Part shown: piece by piece, positions 6,451 to 15,251 of the stretch
Position numbering within the stretch: position 1 is the first letter of the stretch
How the letters are laid out: each line of letters starts with the position of its first letter
Notes under the pieces: generated by a model
Database searches by the model: none
The model's input: the letters and a program-made list of their open reading frames with translations, nothing else
Told to the model about the DNA's origin: nothing
Assembly (NCBI GenBank): GCA_030141605.1
Contig: JAQGDQ010002090.1
Span: forward strand, 1 to 15,251
DNA length: 15,251 bases
Source of the DNA: Tubiluchus corallicola
Taxonomy: Eukaryota; Animalia; Priapulida
Reading direction: 5' to 3'
Position numbers and translations under genes: made by a program

Positions 6451-9400
6451 CTAAATTAGCTTATCAGAAGGGACGCACGGCTAAATGCAAGCACGTGGCA
6501 GGAAAAGTTCAATTCCCAATCTCATGTACTTCTGCTCAGAAAGAAACTACAACCAACTTCACCACCTGATGAGAAGACATCTACTGATTTATCTACAGCT
6601 ATCTAGCAAGAGAACGCCTACGGACAATCTTAGGCATCTACAACAGAAGATGTCTACAAGCATTCTGAAACATCTGCTTAACAATCTGTCAGAGGGCATC
6701 CACATCCAATTACATTCATCTGTTAGGATCTACAGACAACTTAAGACGTCTAATAAGAGGTCGTTTTAGAACAATCTCAAACATCTGCACAGGTGAAATC
6801 GATAGCCAATCAAAAGGCTTCCACAAGCAGGGTAATGTTAAGCACCTGAATACAGGCATACACAGACTGCCTCAATTAGCTTGTCAGAACGCATGCATGG
6901 TCAACCGCAAGCATCTGGTCGGAAAAGTTCTATTGTCAATGTCAGGTACCTGATCAAAAGAAATCTGCTGGGAACTCAATATATAGTAAGGTGACAAAGA
7001 TTCGGGCAAGCTTGGTAAAACGGCACCTACATGCAAACTAAAACATTTACTGTTACTACAGGTCCGAAGACACGTTCATCCATTCCAAATCATCTAGTAA
7101 AACCTAAAGACAAACTTAAACGTCTAGGCAGAACTCAACTAGTCAAACTGAAGAATCTGGCTAGATGCAGTCTACTGCTAGCTTGTCAGAAGACACGCAC
7201 GGCCAAACGCAAACATCTGGTAGGAAAAGTTCAAATTGCCAATCTCATGTACCTCTGGTCAGAATAAAGTAAAAGACTTCTACCGGCAATTTTAAGCATC
7301 TCAATAGAGACATTGCGCAGATAACCTTGTAGGAAAAGTTCTATTGTCAATCTTAGGTACCTACTCAAAAGAAATCTACAGGGACCTCATTATATAGTAA
7401 GGTGACATTGATTCACCCAAGCTTGGTAAAACGGCACCTAAACGTAATCTAAAACATTCACTGATTCCACAGGTCTGAAGACACCTTCATCCATTCCAAA
7501 ACATCTAGTTAAAACGTAAAGACAAACTTAAACGTCTCATCTGAACTCAACTAGTCAAACTGAAAAATCTGGACAGATGCAGTCTACTGCTAGGTTCAGG
7601 CATCTGGTCAAAAGACTTCTACCGGCAATTTTAATCATCTCAATAGAGACATTGCGCAGATAACCTAAATTAGCTAATCAGTAGGCACGCACGGCTAAAC
7701 GCAAGCACCTGACAGGAAAAGTTCAATTCCCTATCCCATGTACTTCTGGTCAGAAAGAAACTACAACCGTTTTCACCACCTGATGAGAAGACATCTACTG
7801 GCAAATCTACAAGCATCTAGCAAGAGAACGCCTTCGGACTATCTCAGCCATCTACAGAAGACGCCTACAAGCGATCTGAAACACTCTGCTTAACAATCTA
7901 GTCAGAGGGCATCCGAATCCAATCACATTCAACTGCAGGATCTACAGAGCAACCTAAGACGTCTAATCGAAACTCGCCAGAACAATCCTGACATCTGCAC
8001 GGGTAAAGTCGACAGAGAAATCTCAAATATCTAATCACAAGACTTGCGCAACAGAGCAATGTTAAGCACCTGAATAGAGGCATACAGTCAGCCTCAATTA
8101 GCTTGTCAGCACGCACGCACGGCCAAACACAAGCGCCTTGTAGGAAAAGTTCTATTGTCAATCTCAGGTATTTGATCAAATGAAGTCTGCAGGGAAGCAA
8201 TTATATAGTAAGGTTACATGGATTCAGGCAAGTTTGGTAAAAGACACCTACAAGCAATCTACTAATACCTCAGGTCTGAAGACACCTTCATCCATTCCAA
8301 AACATCTAGTTAAAACGTAAAGACAAACTTAAACGTCTCATCTGATCTCAACTAGTCAAACTGAAAAATCTGGACAGATGCAGTCTACTGTTAGGTTCAG
8401 GCATCTGGTCAAAAGACTTCTACCGGCAATTTTAAGCATCTCAATAGAGACATTGCGCAGATAACCTTGTAGGAAAAGTTCTATTGTCAATCTTAGGTAC
8501 CTACTCAAAAGAAATCTACAGGGAACTCATTATATAGTAAGGTGACATTGATTCACCCAAGCTTGGTAAAACGGCACCTACACGTAATCTAAAACATTCA
8601 CTGATACCACGGGTCTGAAGACACCTTCATCAATTCCAAAACATCTAGTTAAAACGTAAAGACAAACTTAAACGTCTCATCTGAACTCAACTAGTCAAAC
8701 TGAAAAATCTGGACAGATGCAGTCTACTGTTAAGTTCAGGCATCTGGTCAAAAGACTTCTACCGGCAATTTTAAGCATCTCAATAGAGTCATTGCTCAGA
8801 TAACCTAAACTATCTTGTCAGAAGGCACGCACGGCCAAACTCAAGCATCTGGTAGGAAAAGTTCAATTGCCAATCTCATGTACCTCTGGTTAGAAAGAAA
8901 CTACAACCAACTTCACCACCTGAGGAGAAGACATCTACTGGCACATCCACAACCATCTAGCAAGAGACCGCCTACGGACATTGTCAGCCATCTACAGAAG
9001 ATGTCTACAAGCAATCTGAAACATCTGTTTAACAATCTAGTCAGACAGCATCCAGATCCAATCACATTCAACTCTTAGGATCTACAGACAACCTAAGACG
9101 TCTAATCAAAGCTCGTCTAGAACAATCTCAAACATCTGCACAGGTGAAGTCAACAGCCAATCTCAAGTATCTAATCAGAAGACTTCCACAAGCAGGGCAA
9201 TGTTAAGCACCCTGAATAGAGGCATACACAGTCAGCCTCAATTAGCTTGTCAGAACGCACGCACGGCCAAACGCAAGCACCTTGTAGGAAAAGTGCTATT
9301 ATCAATCTCAGGTACCTGATCAAAAGAAATCTGCAGGGAACTAATTATATAGTAAGGTGACATTGATTCACCCAAGCTTGGTAAAACGGCACCTACACGT

Positions 9401-11826
9401 AATCTAAAACATTCACTGATACCACAGGTCTGAAGACACCTTCATTCATTCCAAAACATCTAGTTAAAACCTAAAGACAAAATTAAACGTCTCATCTGAA
9501 CTCAACTAGTCAAACTGAAAAATCTGGGCAGATGCAGTCTACTGCTAGGTTCACTCATCTAGTCAAAAGACTTCTACCGGCAATTTTAAGCATCTCAATA
9601 GAGACATTGCGCAGATAACCTTGTAGGAAAAGTTCTATTGTCAATCTTAGGTACCGACTCAAAAGAAATCTACAGGGAACTCATTATATAGTAAGGTGAC
9701 ATTGATTCACCCAAGCTTGGTAAAACGGCACCTACACGTAATCTAAAACATTCACTGATACCACAGGTCTGAAGACACCTTCATCAATTCCAAAACATCT
9801 AGTTAAAACGTAAAGACAAACTTAAACGTCTCATCTGAACTAAACTAGTCAAACTGAAAAATCTGGACAGATGCAGTCTACTGCTAGGTTCAGGCATCTG
9901 GTCAAAAGACTTCTACCGGCAATTTTAAGCATCTCAATAGAGACATTGCGCAGATAACCTAATTTAGCTTATCAGAAGGCACGCACGGCTAAACGCAAAC
10001 ACCTGGCAGGAAAAGTTCAATTTTCAATTTCATATGCCTGATCAAAAGAAATCTGCGGGGAAGCAATTATATAGTAAGGTGACATTGATTCACCCAAGCT
10101 TGGTAAAACGGCACCTACACGTAATCTAAAACATTCACTGATACCACAGGTCTGAAGACACCTTCATCCATTCCAAAACATCTAGTTAAAACGTAAAGAC
10201 AAACTTAAACGTCTCATCTGAACTCAACTAGTCAAACTGAAAAATCTGGACTTATGCAGTCTACTGCTAGGTTCAGGCATCTGGTCAAAAGACTTCTACC
10301 GGCAATTTTAAGCATCTCAATAGAGACATTGCGCAGATAACCTTGTAGGAAAAGTTCTATTGTCAATCTTAGGTACCTGCTCAAAAGAAATCTACAGGGA
10401 CCTCATTATATAGTAAGGTGACATTGATTCACCCAAGCTTGGTAAAACGGCACCTACACGTAATCTAAAACATTTACTGATACCACAGGTCTGAAGACAC
10501 CTTCATCAATTCCAAAACATCTAGTTAAAACGTAAAGACAAACTTAAACGTCTCATCTGAACTCAACTAGTCAAACTGAAAAATCTGGACAGATGCAGTC
10601 TACTGTTAGGTTCAGGCATCTGGTCAAAAGACTTCTACCGGCAATTTTAATCATCTCAATAGAGACATTGCGCAGATAACCTTGGAAAAGTTCTGTGTCA
10701 ATCTTAGGTACCTACTCAAAGAAATCTGCGGGGAAGCAATTATATAGTAAGGTGACATTGATTCACCCAAGCTTGGTAAAACGGCACCTACACGTAATCT
10801 AAAACATTCACTGATACCACAGGTCTGAAGACACCTTCATCCATTCCAAAACATCTAGTTAAAACGTAAAGACAAACTTAAACGTCTCATCTGAACTCAA
10901 CTAGTCAAACTGAAAAATCTGGACAGATGCAGTCTACTGCTAGGTTCAGGCATCTGGTCAAAAGACTTCTACCGGCAATTTTAATCATCTCAATAGAGAC
11001 ATTGCGCAGATAACCTAAATTAGCTAATCAGTAGGCACGCACGGCTAAACGCAAGCACCTGACAGGAAAAGTTCAAGTCCCAATCCCATGTACTTCTGGT
11101 CAGAAAGAAACTACAACCGTTTTCACCACCTGATGAGAAGACATCTACTGGCAAATCTACAAGCATCTAGCAAGAGAACGCCTTCGGACTATCTCAGCCA
11201 TCTACAGAAGACGCCTACAAGCAATCTGAAACACTCTGCTTAACAATCTAGTCAGAGGGCATCCAGATCCCATCACATTCAACTCTTAGGATCTACAGAC
11301 AACCTAAGACGTCTAATCAAAGCTCGTCTAGAACAATCTCAAACATCTGCACAGGTGAAGTCGACAGCCAATCTCAAATATCTAATCACAAGACTTGCGC
11401 AAGCAGGGCAATGTTAAGCACCCTGAATAGAGGTATACACAGTCAGCCTCAATTAAATTGTCAGCACGCACGCACGGCCAAACGCAAGCAGCTTGTAGGA
11501 AAAGTGCTATTGTCAATGTCAGGTATTTGATCAAAGAAAATCTGCAGGGAAGCAATTATATAGTAAAGTTACATGGATTCAGGCAAGTTTGGTAAAAAGA
11601 CACCTACAAGCAATCTACTAATACCTCAGGTCTGAAGACAACTTCATCCATTCCAAAACATCTAGTTAAAACCTAAAGACAAACTTAAACGTCTCATCTG
11701 AACTCAACTAGTCAAACTGAAAAATCTGGACAGATGCAGTCTACTGCTAGGTTCAGGCATCTGGTCAAAAGACTTCTACCGGCAATTTTAATCATCTCAA
11801 TAGAGACATTGCGCAGATAACCTAAA

Positions 11827-12260
11827 TTAGCTAATCAGTAGGCACGCACGGCTAAACGCAAGCACCTGACAGGAAAAGTTCAATTCCCAATCTCATGTAC
11901 TTCCGGTCAGAAAGAAACTACAACCGTTTTCACCACCTGATGAGAAGACATCTACTGGCAAATCTACAAGCATCTAGCAAGAGAACGCCTTCGGACTATC
12001 TCAGCCATCTACAGAAGACGCCTACAAGCAATCTGAAACACTCTGCTTAACAATCTAGTCAGAGGGCATCCAGATCCAATCACATTCAACTCTTAGGATC
12101 TACAGACAACCTAAGACGTCTAATCAGAGCTCGCCCAGAACAATCTCAAACATCTGCACAGGTAAAGTCGATAGAGAAATCTCAAATATCTAATCACAAG
12201 ACTTGCGCAAGCAGGGCAATGTTAAGCACCCTGAATAGAGGCATACACAGTCAGCCTCAA
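11827..12260 (+). repeat. Representative full-length family B monomer (variant B1, ~434 bp)
   Basis: Bounded by TTAGCT heads at 11827 and 12261. It carries the family B markers CACCACCTGATGAGAAGACATCTACT, CTAGCAAGAGAACG and TTAGGATCTACAGACAAC. B1-like copies are at 2640, 7670, 11020, 14161 and a partial copy at 1-194. Confidence 0.9.
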
Positions 12261-12633
12261 TTAGCTTGTCAGCACGCACGCACGGCCAAACGCAAGCGCC
12301 TTGTAGGAAAAGTGCTATTGTCAGTCTCAGGTATTTGATCAAAGAAAATCTGCAGGGAAGCAATTATATAGTAAGGTTACATGGATTCAGGCAAGTTTGG
12401 TAAAAGACACCTACAAGCAATCTACTAATACCACAGGTCTGAAGACACCTTTATCCATTCCAAAACATCTAGTTAAAACGTAAAGACAAACTTAAACGTC
12501 TCATCTGATCTCAACTAGTCAAACTGAAAAATCTGGACAGATGCAGTCTACTGCTAGGTTCAGTCATCTGGTCAAAAGACTTCTACCGGCAATTTTAAGC
12601 ATCTCAATAGAGACATTGCGTAGATAACCTAAA

Positions 12634-13065
12634 TTAGCTTATCAGAAGGGACGCACGGCTAAATGCAAGCACGTGGCAGGAAAAGTTCAATTCCCAACCT
12701 CATGTACTTCTGGTCAGAAAGAATCTACAACCATCTTCACCGCCTGATGAGAAGACATCTACTGATTCATCTACAACCATCTAGCAAGAGAACGCCTACG
12801 GACAATGTCAGCCATCTACAGAAGACGCCTACAAGCAATCTGAAACACTCTGCTTAACAATCTAGTCAGAGGGCATCCAGATCCCATCACATTCAACTCT
12901 TAGGATCTACAGACAACCTAAGACGTCTAATCAAAGCTCGTCTAGAACAATCTCAAACATCTGCACAGGTGAAGTCGACAGCCAATCTCAAGTATCTAAT
13001 CAGAAGACTTCCACAAGCAGCACAATGTTAAGCACCTGAATACAGGCATACACAGACAGCCTCAA
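12634..13065 (+). repeat. Family B monomer variant B4 (~432 bp)
   Basis: Diagnostic CACCGCCTGATG and ATTCATCTACAACCATCTAGC. A second copy at 14968 is truncated by the window end. Confidence 0.85.
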
Positions 13066-14160
13066 TTAGCTTGTCAGCACGCACGCACGGCCAAACGCAA
13101 GCACCTTGTAGGAAAAGTGCTATTGTCAATCTCAGGTATTTGATCAAAGGAAGTCTGCAGGGAAGCAATTATATAGTAAGGTTACATGGATTCAGGCAAG
13201 TTTGGTAAAAGACATCTACAAGCAATCTACTAATACCACAGGTCTGAAGACACCTTCATTCATTCCAAAACATCTAGTTAAAACCTAAAGACAAAATTAA
13301 ACGTCTCATCTGAACTCAACTAGTCAAACTGAAAAATCTGGGCAGATGCAGTCTACTGCTAGGTTCACTCATCTAGTCAAAAGACTTCTACCGGCAATTT
13401 TAAGCATCTCAATAGAGACATTGCGCAGATAACCTTGTAGGAAAAGTTCTATTGTCAATCTTAGGTACCTACTCAAAAGAAATCTACAGGGAACTCATTA
13501 TATAGTAAGGTGACATTGATTCACCCAAGCTTGGTAAAACGGCACCTACACGTAATCTAAAACATTCACTGATACCACAGGTCTGAAGACACCTTCATCA
13601 ATTCCAAAACATCTAGTTAAAACGTAAAGACAAACTTAAACGTCTCATCTGAACTCAACTAGTCAAACTGAAAAATCTGGACAGATGCAGTCTACTGTTA
13701 GGTTCAGGCATCTGGTCAAAAGACTTCTACCGGCAATTTTAAGCATCTCAATAGAGACATTGCGCAGATAACCTAATTTAGCTTATCAGAAGGCACGCAC
13801 GGCTAAACGCAAACACCTGGCAGGAAAAGTTCAATTTTCAATTTCATATGCCTGATCAAAAGAAATCTGCGGGGAAGCAATTATATAGTAAGGTGACATT
13901 GATTCACCCAAGCTTGGTAAAACGGCACCTACACGTAATCTAAAACATTCACTGATACCACAGGTCTGAAGACACCTTCATCCATTCCAAAACATCTAGT
14001 TAAAACGTAAAGACAAACTTAAACGTCTCATCTGAACTCAACTAGTCAAACTGAAAAATCTGGACAGATGCAGTCTACTGCTAGGTTCAGGCATCTGGTC
14101 AAAAGACTTCTACCGGCAATTTTAATCATCTCAATAGAGACATTGCGCAGATAACCTAAA

Positions 14161-15251
14161 TTAGCTAATCAGTAGGCACGCACGGCTAAACGCAAGCACC
14201 TGACAGGAAAAGTTCAATTCCCAATCCCACGTACTTCTGGTCAGAAAGAAACTACAACCGTTTTCACCACCTGATGAGAAGACATCTACTGGCAAATCTA
14301 CAAGCATCTAGCAAGAGAACGGCTTCGGACTATCTCAGCCATCTACAGAAGACGCCTACAAGCAATCTGAAACACTCTGCTTAACAATCTAGTCAGAGGG
14401 CATCCAGATCCAATCACATTCAACTCTTAGGATCTACAGACAACCTGAGACGTCTAATCAGAGCTCGCCCAGAACAATCACAAACATCTGCACAGGTAAA
14501 GTCGACAGAGAAATCTCAAATATCTAATCACAAGACTTGCGCAAGCAGGGCAATGTTAAGCACCCTGAATAGAGGCATACACAGTCAGCCTCAATTAGCT
14601 TGTCAGCACGCACGCACGGCCAAACGCAAGCGCCTTGTAGGAAAAGTGCTATTGTCAATCTCAGGTATTTGATCAAAGAAAATCTGCAGGGAAGCAATTA
14701 TATAGTAAGGTTACATGGATTCAGGCAAGTTTGGTAAAAGACACCTACAAGCAATCTACTAATACCTCAGGTCTGAAGACACCTTCATCCATTCCAAAAC
14801 ATCTAGTTAAAACGTAAAGACAAACTTAAACGTCTCATCTGATCTCAACTAGTCAAACTGGAAAATCTGGACAGATGCAGTCTACTGCTAGGTTCAGTCA
14901 TCTGGTCAAAAGACTTCTACCGGCAATTTTAAGCATCTCAATAGAGACATTGCGTAGATAACCTAAATTAGCTTATCAGAAGGGACGCACGGCTAAATGC
15001 AAGCACGTGGCAGGAAAAGTTCAATTCCCAATCTCATGTACTTCTGGTCAGAAAGAATCTACAATCATCTTCACCGCCTGATGAGAAGACATCTACTGAT
15101 TCATCTACAACCATCTAGCAAGAGAACGCCTACGGACAATGTCAGCCATCTACAGAAGACGCCTACAAGCAATCTGAAACACTCTGCTTAACAATCTAGT
15201 CAGAGGGCATCCAGATCCCATCACATTCAACTCTTAGGATCTACAGACAAC
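14161..15251 (+). repeat. Higher-order block B1-A1-B4, a duplicate of 11827-12917
   Basis: Constant 2334-bp offset (11827 vs 14161, 12261 vs 14595, ORF 12663 vs 14997 with identical translation). Confidence 0.88.

Larger units (their letters stand above)
11020..13435 (+). repeat. Three consecutive B+A1 dimers, ~807-bp period
   Basis: B heads at 11020, 11827 and 12634 (807-bp spacing). A1 heads at 11453, 12261 and 13066. Confidence 0.88.
1..15251. repeat. Complex tandem repeat (satellite-like) array of two related monomer families, A and B, all in the same orientation and running off both window ends
   Basis: Every part of the window matches another part. The shared head motif TAGCT(T/A)(G/A)TCAG..CGCACGG..GGAAAAGT recurs about every 300-430 bp. 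Positions 1-564 recur almost exactly at 14401-14964. No unique sequence and no inverted copies were seen. Confidence 0.97.

Noticed and set aside
7898-8200. Longest ORF (100 aa, minus strand, Cys-rich)
   Set aside because: It exists only in the one indel-riddled B1 copy and is not open in the clean copies, so it is a by-product of local frameshifts or errors. The minus-strand ORF 4248-4454 is likewise confined to a single A3 copy, the one with the private 2-bp insertion.
14401-14964. Exact 14,400-bp offset match to the window start as a master period or circular overlap
   Set aside because: The match ends at ~564 vs ~14964 (B2del versus intact B4 follows), it contains SNPs, and the same B1-A1 segment also occurs near 2880 and 12067. 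It is just another copy.
1-15251. 5S rRNA, tRNA or snRNA tandem gene cluster, or integron-like cassette array
   Set aside because: I recognised no 5S, tRNA or snRNA sequence, Pol III A/B/C boxes with T-run terminators, or attC-type long imperfect inverted repeats. The units contain no unique cargo.
1-15251. Transposon, MITE or LTR array
   Set aside because: There are no terminal inverted repeats, target-site duplications, poly(A) tails or transposase/RT remnants. Monomer ends fall within a continuous 35-bp register.

Overview
The whole 15,251-bp window is one non-coding, head-to-tail tandem repeat array (satellite-like DNA) with no unique sequence. I find no credible protein-coding gene, RNA gene, transposon or CRISPR array. 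All supplied ORFs are short, recurrent read-throughs of the repeat. By hand I parse 42 monomers of two related families: A (28 copies, full length about 373-383 bp) and B (14 copies, full length about 420-434 bp). Both are built from a degenerate ~35-bp subunit (approx. CAATCTCAARCATCTGNNCARAAGACNTCTACAGC). Monomer order with starts: B1(1,partial) A1(195) B2del(565) A3(854) A4(1157) A4'(1451) B3(1826) A2(2257) B1(2640) A1(3074) A1*(3447) B2(3820) A3(4240) A4'(4545) B3(4920) A2(5351) A5(5731) A6(6073) B2(6456) A3(6876) A4del(7179) A5(7328) B1(7670) A1(8098) A5(8468) B3(8811) A2(9242) A5(9622) A6(9964) A5(10344) A5/6(10683) B1(11020) A1(11453) B1(11827) A1(12261) B4(12634) A1/2(13066) A5(13436) A6(13778) B1(14161) A1(14595) B4(14968,partial). 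Points of interest are the nested hierarchy (35 bp -> 0.38/0.43 kb -> 0.81 kb dimer -> 1-2 kb blocks), an aperiodic but rule-bound monomer order, microhomology deletions, many short dyad symmetries and a near-invariant TATATAGTAAGG motif. Organism and function (centromere, subtelomere, rDNA spacer, organellar or viral repeat) cannot be determined from the sequence alone. Coordinates were counted by hand and may be off by a few bases.
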